From the NCBI RefSeq assembly GCF_963921235.1, contig NC_086108.1, positions 23,374,001-23,438,000 of the forward strand: a stretch of DNA of 64,000 nucleotides, in the 5' to 3' direction. This document shows, in pieces, positions 1 through 12,364 of this stretch. Both the position numbers and the translations under genes were made by a program. Below the pieces are notes generated by a model. It was not told the DNA's origin. It saw only the letters and a list, made by a program, of their open reading frames with translations, and searched no databases. The first letter of the stretch is position 1. Each line of letters begins with the position of its first letter. The DNA comes from Mobula hypostoma. Its lineage: Eukaryota.

Positions 1-1060
1 CAAGGAGACCTTGCTTTGTGGATCCAGAATTGGCTTGACCGCAGAAGGCAAAAGGTGGTTGTAGATGGTTTGTATTCTACATGGAGGTCGGTGACCAGTG
101 GTGTTCTGCAGGGATCTGTTCTGGGATTCCTCCTCTTTGTGATTTTATAAATGACGTGGATGAACAAATAGAAGGATGGGTTAGTAAGTTTGCTGATGCC
201 ACAAAGATTGGGGGTGTTGTGGATAGACTGGAGGGTTGTCAGAGGTTACAGCGGGACATTAATAAGATGCAGAACTGGACCGAGAAGTGGTAGATGGAGT
301 TCAACCCAGATAAGTGTGAAGTGGCTCGTTTTGGTAGGTCAGTTTGAAGACAGAATACAGTATTAATGGTAAGACTCTTGGCAGTGTGGAGGATTAGAGA
401 TTTTGGGGTCCATGTCCGTGGAACACTCAAAGCTGCTGCGCAGGTTGACAGTGTTATTAAGAAGGTGTATGGTGCGTTGGCATTCATCAGCCATGAGATT
501 GAGTTCAAGAACCATGTTACAGCAATATAAGACTTGGTCAGACCCCACTTGGAGTACTGTGTTCAGTTCTGGTCACCTCACTACAGGAAGGATGTGGATA
601 CTATAGAGAGAGGGCAGAGGAGGTTTACAAAGATGTTGCCTGGATTGGAGAGTGTGCCTTATGAGAATAGATTGAGTGAACTTGGCCTTTTCTCCTTGGA
701 GCGATGTAGGATGAGATGTGACCTGATAGAGTTGTATAAAATGATGAGAGGTGTTGATAGTGTGGTTAGCCAGAAGCTTTGTCCCAGGGCTGAAATGGCA
801 TAGCTTTAACTTGCTTGGAAGTAGGTATGAGGGGATGTTAGGGGTAAGTTTTTCACACAGAGAGTGGTGGTGCGTAGACAGTGGTGGAGGCGGATTCAAT
901 AAGTTCATTTAAGAGACTCTTAGGTACATGAGTTTAGAAAAATAGAGGGTTATGCGATAGGGAAATTCTAGGCAGTTTCTAGAGTAGGTTACATGGTTGG
1001 CACAACATTGTGGGGTGAAGGCCCTGTAAAGTGCTGTAGATTTCTGTGTTCTGTGTTCTA
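1..1060 (+). mobile_element. CR1 LINE 3' part (RT C-terminus and 3' UTR), frameshifted
   Basis: Motifs [42 protein letters not shown]. Ends in a (ttctgtg/ttctatg) tail. Confidence 0.9.
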
Positions 1061-2207
1061 TGTAATTGATGGGAAAAGAACACTGGCAGGGAAGATGGCA
1101 GAGCAGCAATGGCCGGAATTTCTGGAAGCAATTTGGAAGGCACAGGATATATACATCCTAAAGAAGAGGCATTCTAAAGGCAGGATGACACGACCGTGGC
1201 TAACAAGAGAAGTCAAAGCCAGCATAAAAACCAAAGAGGGGGCATATAATAGAGCAAAAATAGATGGAAAGTTAGAGGATTGGGAAGTTTTTAAAAACCA
1301 ACAGAAGACAACTAAAAAAGACATTAAGAAGGTAAAGATGGAATAGAAAAGTAAACTAGCCAATAATATTAAAAAGGATACCAAAAGTTTCTTCAGATAA
1401 TAAAGTGTAAAAGAGAGGTAAGAGTGAGTAGGTGGATATCGGACAACTGGAAAACAGTGCTGGAGAGGTATAATGGGGGACAAAGAAATGGCAGTCACAC
1501 TGAATAAGTATTTCACATCAGTCTTCACTGTGGAAGACATTAGCAGTATGGCAGAAACTACAGGTGTCCGGGGGTATGAAGTGCATGGTTACCATTACTA
1601 GAGAGAAGGTTCATGGGAAACTGAAAGATCCAAAGTTAGGTAAGTCACCTGGACTTGATGGTGTACAGCCTAGGGTTCTGAAAGAGGTGGATGAAGAGGT
1701 TTTGGAGTCTGTGTTGGGATCGGTTATTTTTCTGTTATATGTCAATGATTTGGATGGTGCAACTGATGACTTTGTTGCAAAGTTTGCAGATGATATGAAG
1801 ATAGGTGGAGGGGCAGGCAGCTTTGAGGAAGTAGAGAGGCTACAGAAGGACCTAGACAGATTAGGACAATGGGCAAAGCAGTGGCAGATGGAATACAGTG
1901 TTGGGAAGTGTATGGTCATGCATTTTGGTAGAAGAAATGAAAGGATAGACTACTTTCTAAATGGACAGAAAATATATAAAACTGAGGCACAAAGGGACTT
2001 TGAAGCCCTCTTGCAGAATTCCCTAAATATTAATTTGCAGGTTAAGTCAGTGATAGGAAAGCAAATCCAGTGTTAACGTTCATTTCAAGAGGACTAGAAT
2101 ATACAGTCAAGGATGTAATGTTGAGACTTTATAAAGCACTGCTGAGGCCTCGCTTGGAGTATTTTGAGCAGTTTTGGGCCCCTTACCTTAGAAAGGATGT
2201 GCCAAAA
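1061..2207 (+). mobile_element. Second CR1 subfamily fragment with an internal deletion near 1700
   Basis: KSPGLDGVQPRVLKEV is fused directly to SVLGSVIFLLYVNDLD..KFADDMK, followed by LRPRLEYFEQFWAPYL. Confidence 0.85.
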
Positions 2208-2510
2208 CTAGCTAGTTCTGATCCAGATAGAAAGCACTTGATGTTAAAGACCATTCATGAATGATAAAGATGTGTACTAATCTACCATTCCTGAATGACA
2301 GATATAGCTTAACAGACTTTAAAATCTACAATTCCTCCTCTCTCCTTCTTTTCATAGGAATAGCTCTGTAACTGGAACAAGTCTTCAAAAAGTTTTACAA
2401 AGCTTCTATTGTTTAGCGCTCCTGACATCTTCACGTCTGCATGGAATGTAGGATAGAAATCTGTCATACAGAGTTTGAAAAGTTCTGATATCCTTTGTTC
2501 TATTTTCCAG

Positions 2511-2602
2511 GGATCTTGGTGAAGAATGTGATGATGGTAACTTATTAGGTAATGATGGCTGCTCAAGAAAGTGTCAGAAAGAGGAGAAGTTCAACTGTGT
2601 GG
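2511..2602 (+). CDS. PAPPA2: Pappalysin-2-like internal exon 1 of 7 in window (Cys-rich repeat)
   Basis: ttttccag|G...GTGG|gtgagt. Translates [30 protein letters not shown](G), matching the pappalysin GEECDDG..DGCS..C motif. 92 bp, ends in phase 1. Confidence 0.92.
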
Positions 2603-5119
2603 GTGAGTGTTGCATTAATTATGCAGAGCACATATTTATATACTGTACATGGCTAATGGAGTAAAATATAATATGCAGGCTGGTTTGTTAATCTGACTAC
2701 ATACATAGCATCTATACGTGTTTCACTGTTTGCAGTCTTGTTCTTTGCACTGTGGGATTTGGACCATGTATCTACATCATCAGGAAGACCTGTTGATTTC
2801 ACCCCTGTAGCCCAGCCAAACTTAATCCTGTTTCTACGTACCTGAGAGTTAAATCCACATGCACATCTTGGCTGCCTCCAGATATAGCAAATCTTCCACA
2901 CTTATAGCCACTTTCCATCCACTATAAACTTAATTTTCCATAAAACTTTACTGTCCCGTGCTTGATGGGGACGTGGTGTAGGTTGGTGGTGAGGAGAAAT
3001 GGGTATAGTGTATGTTAATAGAGGGAGATCATCTAGAAATATACTAGAGGTAATGGAGAGATAATCATATATTTTATTGACACATGGATAAAGATAAAAG
3101 CAGATGGTCTTAGTGATGTTATGATCAGAAGCTCATCTTGATGCTGTGTCAATGGCTAATATCACTGGGGAGCATGTGTAGATGAGAATTCGGATGGGAT
3201 TGAAGGAGGGGTATTTCTGCAAAGGCAGCATTGAGGATGTGGGCGGCGAGTTTAACTAGTAATGTGAACCTCAAGAGTTGCTGTCTGAATTGGATAAATG
3301 TGCACTTTCAGTTCTTTTAATATTTTCTCTGACAGTCTGAGTTTAGCTGTACCTTCTGGCTGCCTGCTCATTTTGTTGATACTAGTGTTTTTTTAAACCT
3401 CAGGTTTTCTATAGTCCTGCTTTCTCTTGTAAAAACTAATTTTCTGTCATCAACACACAAGATTTTGGACATAGCCTAGAACAGACATTTCATCTAGAGA
3501 GAAAGTGGTGACAATATTGTCCAAGCAGCTTTTCACCTACAATCCACCTTCAGCCATTTAGTCATCTATCTGTCAAACTTAAATCTCTGCTGTTGCAGGA
3601 AAATTGTCTGCATTTCTAAAGTTTTTGTGGGATACTTTATAGGTGGACCTGAAATGCTATTTGCATCAGATTGATGCAGATCCTTTTCCCATCCAGTCAT
3701 TTTAATTTTGTAAATTATTTGCCTTTAACAAGTGTAAGCTTATAGTCCTTGATTATATCCTTTCCTGCAACTTAGTTATTGATTCTTCCTAATGTTTTCA
3801 CTTCTACCCTAACAGTAAATGCTAATGCAAAGTACTGTTTTCATCAACAATTCTATTACTTATTGTATTCTAAGAAGACCGCTTAATATTCTCAATTATA
3901 TTGCTTATAAATCATCTTCTTATGCTGAAAATGTTCCACTGCAGGAAGTTTTTTTTTTGCCAGTTTATTACAACTAGATCCTTTTCCTTTTCCCACCGGG
4001 TTTCACTTACTCAGTGGATTTCCTTTGGACTCCTCTGACCAATTCCATTCTTACATTTAACCTCTGTTCTGGTCACAATGTTCTCTTCAATATTCTACCT
4101 CTTCATCAGATATTGTTTCAGATTCTTAAAGACTGGACATGTTATTTTTCTTCCAGTCGAATATAACTGATGCCTTACTTCTCAAGTTGTCTACGAATCA
4201 CCAGCATTGTTACAGATTCCTCATTTTATTTTAACTTGGACTATACCTGAAGATTTCTATCACTTGCTCATTCTCTTCATCGCGTTCACGTGTATTCTGT
4301 CTTAATGCAAATACTTATAGCATCAATGTACTTGCATCATGTAGAATTATTTGTTGTCATCCAATTCCTTTTTTCCTGTCTGTCCTTTAAAAGTGGTAAA
4401 GAGAAATAATTATTGTTTGCTCTTCGGCAACTTGAATCCAGATCTCTGGTATAGCTGGTAAATCAAATCAATCCTTTATCAGCAATGTATCTAACTCACA
4501 AATTTGGTTGTAAATTGCTGTGTTTACTTGTTATGTTACTTGATCATTTGTACTGATCCTTATATTTTTTCATATCCTAATCATTGAACTTTTTGAGATC
4601 CCTTTCTCTCGATCACCCTTTCTCTGCTCAGAGCTTTCAGAAAGCTTTCCTGTCTCCTCTCAATGTACAGTGCTCAATCTTACAACTCTGCTGATGCCAC
4701 TTTGAATGTTTCAAAAACTTTCACCTGTTTCAACAACTTTCACCTGTAGCATACTCCTGGAGTGTATTATACTTTGAGTGAGTTCCCACTTTGCTTTTAA
4801 ACATGACTTCCAAGGAATTACAAAACTAATATGCCAATCTGGGCTTTTCCTTAGTCCTTGTCAGGGTTTCTTCCAGGGTCCTCCCACCTCTCTTGATCTA
4901 TTGGTATAGCCATTTATTCTCGTTTTCCTCATTTTTGCTCTGCTTGTATTCATCCGTAATATTTACCTTAACCGCTTTCTGTGGTGGTGAGTCCCATATT
5001 CTCAGCATTCTGAAGTTGATTCTCATGAACTGCCTGTTTGATTTCTTCATGACCACCTTACGTGGGTCACCTCCATTTAATACTACTTCTTCTCACCTTA
5101 AACCTATACTCTCTTGTTT

Positions 5120-5547
5120 TTGATACCCACACCATAGGAAAAAGATTTTGGCTATCTAATGTATCTGTGACTTTTAGAATTTTGTATACCAGGTTGAGAC
5201 CACCTTCGCTTCAAGGAAAATAAGCCCAACCAAACCCATCTCTCCATATATAAAGACCTCAGACCTAAGCAATGTTTAGGTGAACCTCCTCTGCATTTTC
5301 TTGAGTACAGTCACATCCTTCCAAGTGTTGCAACCAGAACTGAACATCATAATCCAAGAGTAATCAAACCAGTGTTCTGTAAATTTGCAACATGAAATTG
5401 CATTTACCTATGAAGGCAAGCATGCAATAGGCCACCTTCACTACCCAAGCTATCTGTGTTGCCACTTTCAGGGAAACTAGATTCTTGGTTCTCTATATTC
5501 ATTAACATATTTTAGCATCATACCATCTATTGTATATTTCCTGCCCT

Positions 5548-5579
<32 letters not shown>

Positions 5580-6285
5580 GTACCAAGTTGTATGACATAG
5601 GAATCATGGTCTTTCAATGACCATGATAGTTCTTGGCAAATATTTGTATAAAAGTGATTTGTCATTGTCTTCTTCTGGTAATGTGTCCACAAGATAGGTG
5701 ACCGTAGCCATTATCAATACTATTCAGAGATTGTCTGCTTGGTGCCAGTAGTTGCATAACCAGGTCTTGTGTTAGGCACCATCTGCTCATATGACCATCC
5801 ATCACCTGCTCTCATGGCTTTATGCGACCCTGATTAGGGGCCTAAGGAGGTGCTACTTCTTGTTCAAGGGTGGGAAGAAGCCTTACACCCCTCTATCCAT
5901 TCCTACTCTATATGACTTTCAAAAAATACATCACCTCACACTTTGCCTGTATTAAATTCCATCTGCCAATGCTCCACCCAATTTTCCATCTGATTTCTTT
6001 CCTGCTGTAGCCTTAGACAACCTTATTCGCTATCCACATTGCCAAATATTTTTGTGCCATCTGCAAACTAACTCATCATACTTCCTAGTATTACTCACTT
6101 CACTCATCATACTGCAATTACTCATCTAAGTCAATAGCACACATCAAAAGCACAAAAGTTCCTGGAAAAATCCCTGTCTATATACTTCCGATAAGGAAAG
6201 CATCCTTCTACCACTACCCTCTGTTTCCTGTCACTAAGCCAATGTTGGATCCAGTTTACCAGCTTGCCTTGGATCTAGTGTATAA
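5120..6285 (-). mobile_element. Degraded antisense CR1 RT fragment interrupted by a SINE
   Basis: Reverse complement gives decayed WQMEFN, FADGTK and VQFWL-type CR1 motifs. Confidence 0.7.
5548..5900 (-). mobile_element. RTE-related SINE-like element with (GAT)n tail ((ATC)n microsatellite at about 5548-5579)
   Basis: Reverse complement contains GAAGAAGACAATGACAAATCACT...TTTGCCAAGAA, resembling the RTE/BovB-derived segment of Sauria/Bov-A type SINEs, and ends in a GAT repeat. Confidence 0.5.
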
Positions 6286-6429
6286 AGTTGCTTCCCTAAA
6301 TTGCTATAACTCTCTAACCCCCACCTTCACTTTGCTCAAAACTTATCTCTTTGAATAATTTTTTTGTTATCTGCTGTAATCCATGTTATGTGACTCAGTC
6401 TCAGTTTTTGTATAATGATACTGGGATAT

Positions 6430-8440
6430 TATTAGGGAATGAGACAGAGCACGCATGACAGAAGTGAGTGTAGGTAACCACTTTGGATCTAGTGATCATA
6501 ATGCCATTAGTTTCAAACTAACTATGGAGAAGGATATGTCTGGTCCTCGGGTTAAGATTTTAGTTGGGAGAAAAGCCAGTTTCGATGGTATCAAAAAGGA
6601 TGTGGCAAATGTGGATGGGACAGATTGTTCTCTGGCAATGATGTGCTTGGTAAGAGGGAGGCCTTCAAAAGTGAAATTTTGGGAGTACAGAGTTTGTATG
6701 CTCCTGTCAGAATAAAAGGCTATGATAACAGGTTGAGGAAACTTTGGTTTTCGAGAGATATTGAGGCCCTGGTTAAGAAGAGGAGGAGGTGCATAGGAGG
6801 TAAAGGCAGGAAGAACAAATGAGGTACTCGAGTATAAGACATTCAAGAGAACACTTAAGAAGGAAATCAGGAAGGCTAAAAGAAGACTTAAGGTTGCTTT
6901 AGCAGTCAAAGTGAAGGAGAATCCAAAGGGCTTCTACAGATATATTAAGGGCCAATGAATAGCAAGGGACATATGAGGGGTGATTGATAGGTTCATGGCC
7001 TAAGGTAGAAGGAATGAATTTTAGAAAACGTAGCACATTTATTTTTCGACGTAGTCCCCTCCTACATTTACACATTTAGTCCAGCGGTTGTGGAGCATAC
7101 AGATCCCTTCTTTGTAGAAATGGGCATCTTGGACCTCCAGAAATGGTCCACAGCAGGGGTGATTGATAAGTTTGTGGCCTCGGGTAGAAGGCGATGAGTT
7201 ATTAACTTCAAACTTTCTGCATAATCACTCAAGGAGTAGAACTGCACGTGCATGTAATGAGAGCTGTATAACTCACCTCCTTCTACCTTAGGCCACGAGC
7301 TTATCAATCACCCCTGCTATGGACCACTTCTGGAGGTCCAAGATACCGACTTCTGCAAAGAAGGGATCCATATGCTCCACGACCACTGAACTAAGTGTGT
7401 AAATGTACGAGGGGACTATGTTGAAAAATAAATGTGCTAGGTATTCTAAAATTGATGCCGTCTACCTTAGGTCACGAACTTATCAATCACGCCTTGTAAT
7501 TGGTTGTTTTGAAGATCAGAGTTGTCATCTATGCACAGAGCTGAAAGAAATGGGGGAGATCTTAAATGGATTTTTTCCATCTGTATTTACTCAGGAGATG
7601 GACATAGAGTCTATAGAAATGAGGCAAAACAGCAGTGAGGTCATGAATCATATCCAGATTACAGAAAAGCTTGCTGACAAGACAAATTAGGGTGGATAAA
7701 TCTCCAGGGATCTTGCAAGGTGTTTCTCTGGACCTTGTGGGGAGCTGCTGCAGAAATTGCAGGGGCCATAGCAGAGGTATTTAAAATGTTGTCAGCAACG
7801 GCTGAGGTGCCGGAGGATTGGAGGATAGCTAATGTTGTTCTGTTGCTTAAGAAAGTCTCTAAAAATATTATTTATTTTGGCCGGTGAATCTGATGTCAGT
7901 AGTTGGTAAATTATTGGAAGGCAATATAAAGGACCGATATATAAGTATTTGGATAGATAGGAACTGATTAAGATTAGTCAGCATGGCTTTGTGTGTGATA
8001 GGTCCTGACTAACCAATCTTACAGAGGCTTTTCAAGGAAGTTACCAGGAAAGTTGTTGAAGGAAAGGGTGTGGATATTGCTACGTGGCCTCAGCAAAGCC
8101 TTTGAAAAGGTTCGTCAAGAAGGTTCAGTCGCTTGGCATTCAAGATGAGGTAGTTAATTGAATGTAGAATTTGGAGGTAATTAATTGAAGGTGAAATGTT
8201 TAAGAGGAACATGAGGGGGAACTTCTTCACTCAGCAGATGGAATGAGCTGCCAGCGGAAGTGGTGGATTTGAGTTAATTTTAAACACTTAAGAGAAATTT
8301 GGATAGGTACATGGATGAGGTGGGTATGGAGAACTGTGGTCCAGGTGCCAGTGGATGGGATTAGGCAGCATAATAGTTTGACACAGACTCGATGGGCCAA
8401 AAGGCCTGTTTCTATGCTGTAGTGTTCTATAACTCTATGT
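6430..8440 (+). mobile_element. CR1 LINE fragments (EN C-terminus, linker, RT start, 3' UTR) hosting a mariner MITE
   Basis: Motifs GNHFGSSDHNAISF, LNGFFPSVFT, EDWRIANV. CR1 3' tail at about 8190-8440. Confidence 0.85.
6974..7496. mobile_element. Mariner-type palindromic MITE
   Basis: TA flanks at 6972-73 and 7497-98. Termini TGAGGGGTGATTGATAG / TTATCAATCACGCCTTG. Inverted arms of about 230 bp around a spacer of about 60 bp. Confidence 0.85.
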
Positions 8441-9699
8441 GACTTTGGATCCTTTGCCACATTAAAGTTGTTTAAGTAACATGCTATCTGTAATTATAAG
8501 TATTCTGGTTTCTCAATGGATGAAATGCGATTTCAGTTTTGATCATTACATGAACTACGGCCTGTGGTCTAACTGAGCAACGCTTCTTAAACAGTAGCAT
8601 CAAGCCTTGCTGAGCTATTTATGGGTTAAAGTTTGGTGGAGGATAGCTGGCTAATGGCTCATATTATGCTCATGTGTCTTGCATTACGAGGGGTTATATG
8701 CCAATAAAGCCTGAATTTATTAGGATGTTTACACTTTTCCCATCAATTGTTTAGATTTCTTCAATTTGTTTTTAGTATCTGTCTTTGATGAAGACTGGGA
8801 CTAATTAAGATTCATTGATGCAATGTTGGTGGTATTGACATAACGTGATTTGGTCAAATATTAGATACTGTTAATTAGAGTCATCACATGGAACTAATTA
8901 TCTTTGTGCTCTTCTGCTTTGCACTTGAAGACCATAAGCACCATTCTTTCTCATGGTAAAGCCTCCTCAAAAACAAGTTGGATTTTTCTAATTATAAAAG
9001 AAATGATTGCTCTCAATTCAAAACATTCTTGAGCAGTGTCTACTGTTGCTTTTATTCAGTCCATATGGCAAAATGGAAAGGGTCAGTGAAATAAGCTAGC
9101 CTTAGATCTGGGGGCATGCCAGATGACCAGTTATCCAAGACAACAGGTACATTTTGTGGAAAGTCTAATCACACATCTGGATGCTGTGATTTGTTAATTA
9201 AGCATGAGCCCTGCAGGAAAATAAGTTAACATAATATCCCTATTCTTCTTTTTGCTATTGCTTGATTTCATGTACTTTTTAAACCCAAAGTTTGAAGAAA
9301 CAAACTTTTGGGAGTGCTTTAATGCGCCAAATTTTTTCTGCCAGGAAGTAAAGTTGGAAGAACATGTTTTTGTTTTCTTTTCATGAATTAGAAATGATTA
9401 TTTGACTAAATAGGGAGGCTTTTTTTTTCCCCTCCCAGGCGGCAATCTTGCCTTTCTCCTGATCTTTCTACCCTTTGAATCCTTATGTGTCAGGAGGTGA
9501 ACTTAAGGTGTAATTCAATAGACACAAGGGCAAAAGGGTAGATGAATATGCTGGTACAGTTGGACAAAGATGTGTGCAGGAAAATGCATAGATGTCCACA
9601 TAGACCTGTACCTGTGCTGTATATGACAGTGGTCATTACGAGATATTCATTGGCCCAACGGCCACAGCCTCTCTATACACAGAATTTTAATGTCTACTG

Positions 9700-10330
9700 A
9701 TTATTTGAGCTGATGTCTGCACCATGATTTCTGCCAGCTGGCCAGTAGCCTGAAGATGTTTGCAGCTAGCAGCTCTTGTGGATCATTTCATAGCTTTTCT
9801 TTGCTGAGTCTTCAATCTTGATAACTGTTTCATTGAAGCTGAGGCATGCTTTGTAGAGAAAAAGTGTCGATGAGGAGATGAATGTCAGCAGTTCAGGAGC
9901 ATGGGCTCCACTGCTTTCCAGCTCCATTGTCAGCGGGGTAAGAAAGCTGACACTTTCAAGACTGCTTGGGTAATTGCTAAAGCACCCTCCTTTGATATGA
10001 CATAGAAAGCTCATGTTTGGATGCCCAGCCTGCCAATCTAGTCACATTAGCCTTCTGAGATGCCAAGTGGAGAAAGGAGGTGCTTCCTGTAGCAAGTTCC
10101 ATGGTTTGGGGCTCATCGCTACAGTTGCACTGTGGCTTACAGAGAAATTTACAATTACTGAGCAGGTTAGCCTTGTCTTCCAGGGCCGAACTACAAAGTA
10201 CATTCTGCTCAGGGCTGCCTTCTGTTGATAAGGTACAAACGTAGTTTAAAGCAGGAACCTCTATTGTAGGTTTAGTGGTATTTGCTCCACCTCCACACTT
10301 CACATGTATCTGGCAGTGCCTTCCATCTGG
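9700..10330 (-). mobile_element. Degenerate Vingi/Ingi-like LINE 3' fragment
   Basis: KANLL..KF..KPQCNCSDEPQTME resembles the C-terminal Zn-knuckle (P.C.CG...QTM.H) of Ingi/Vingi-type LINEs. Confidence 0.35.
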
Positions 10331-10532
10331 ATAGTGAAAATCTATAACTCAGATGTTGGCTTATGCTTTCTGGAACAGCTGGCATGATTTTTGCAGTAGT
10401 TAGCTAAATTATAGTTAATGGGGAGGTTGGTGTTGCCTGTATTTTTTTCCATCTAATGGAAAACATTGGAATATCAATGGTGGAGTGGACAATAAGATCT
10501 GATGACATGGTAACACCTCGAGAGTAACTTGG

Positions 10533-11130
10533 AACATAGAACAGTACAGCAGAAGAACAGCCATTCACCCACAATATTGTGCCGAACCAGCTAAAAAGCA
10601 AATCAAAAACACCCAAACACTAATCTTTTCTACCTATACCATGTCCATATCCCTCCGTCTTCTTTACATCCATGTGCCTTTCCAAATGTCTCTTATAAGT
10701 TTCTAATGCACTTGTCTCTACCACCATACCACCTACTTTCAAAGAGCTATGAACTTGGATCTTAAGATCTCTCTGCTCAGTAACACTGTCAAGGATCTTG
10801 CCCTGTCTTCTTGCATTTGCCCTTCTGCAGTGCAACACTTCATATTTATCTACGTTAAACTTTATCTGCCATCTCTGCCCATATCTACAACTGATCTATA
10901 TCGTGCTGTATTCTTTGCCAGTTTTCTACACCGTCCACAACTTCACCAATTTTGGTATAATCCAGGTCATTTATACACATCACAAACAGCAGAGGTCCCA
11001 GCACAGATCCTTGTGGAACTCTGCTAATTACAGACCTCCAGCTCAAATAAGTCCCTTCAGCGATAAACTTCCGTCTTCTATCCTTGAGCCAGTTTTGAAT
11101 TTAAACAGCCAATTTAATGTGGACCCTATG
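10533..11130 (-). mobile_element. Antisense CR1 fragments with 3' tail
   Basis: Reverse complement gives a ttctatgtt tail, EQRDLKIQVHSSLKV and the VPQGSVLGPLLFVMCINDL region. Confidence 0.75.
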
Positions 11131-11374
11131 CAGCATCCAGGTGCATTCAATAGAGATCTGAGTACCTGCTGTGGCATCAGAGCTGTTGTTTTTCGGTTGT
11201 AATATTGTACTGAAACACCAAAGGTGCAATATGAAAAAGGGAAAGCAATACTCCTTGCACCTTGTTAATATCTTGATCTCTTTTATCATTAAAGTTGCCT
11301 TGAATTTTGGAAGATCTTTCAGCGTAAATTTTGGATATGAGTTATTCCAGAGTAAAAGGATCTCTGAACTTCCT

Positions 11375-11590
11375 TTTGATACTTTATACTTTATTGTCAC
11401 CAAACAATTGATACTAGAACGTACAATCATCACAGTGATATTTGATCTGCGCTTCCTGCTCACTGGATCACAAATATTAAATATTAATAATATTAAAAAT
11501 AGTAAACATAAGTAAATATTAAAATTTTAAATTATAAATCATAAATAGAAAATAGAAAAATGGAAAGTAAAGTAGTGCAAAAAAAAAGAT
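11375..11590 (-). repeat. AT-rich LINE 3' UTR remnant (Rex1/L2-like)
   Basis: Begins tactttatactttattg (reverse complement CAATAAAGTATAAAGTA tail) and has an AT-rich body. Confidence 0.4.
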
Positions 11591-11710
11591 GTGAGGGGCT
11601 AGATGGCCTACTTTTGTTTATTCTACATTGCATTATTTTTTAGTTAATTTGAAGTGGATTGAGACTTGGATATGTATTACAGATAAAATTTGAATAATAT
11701 ATTTTTTCAG

Positions 11711-11907
11711 GAGAGCCAAGCCTCTGCTACATGTACGACGGAGATGAGGTCTGCGAGGAATTTGAGAAAAATAGTAGTATTCGTGACTGTGGCTTTGTCA
11801 CACCTAAAGGCTTCAGTGACCAATGGGCAGCAGGAGCCTTGGCCTCCCACCAGGATGATAGAAAGTGTCCAGTTCAAGTGATCCCAGGACAACCTGACAT
11901 ATCAAAG
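11711..11907 (+). CDS. PAPPA2: Pappalysin-2-like internal exon 2 of 7
   Basis: tttttcag|GA...AAG|gtaggt. (G)[65 protein letters not shown]. 197 bp, phase 1 to 0. Confidence 0.95.
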
Positions 11908-12364
11908 GTAGGTTAACATTGATTGCCCTAACTGGACATGGTGAGTAATAAACATGAACCATTTAGGCTATGGGATGGAGCATTATATATCCCAATAAAA
12001 TGATAAATAAAATTTATTGAAAGCAATTGGGAATTTATTTTAAACATTTCTCTTTGATGCTGTGAATCACGAGCTGTTGAATTTGGTTAATCTTACATCC
12101 CATCCACTTTTCCACTAAAGGCCTCAGTTCATCATTGAAAAGTTTTTACTCTTATGTTTAGATTTTGCTCATGTTCTGCTCAACCTGAAACACTAATTCA
12201 TTTTTCCCTCCACTGAGATGCCTGAATTGTCTATTTCCAGTGTTTTCTGCTTTTATTTCCTGCTCACTGATTTTATTCATCTGATATTCCTGCCTTAATA
12301 TACAAACTTGTAGAAAGGACAGAATCTAATCTGCTGCTTTCGTTATACCACCTATTTAAATATA

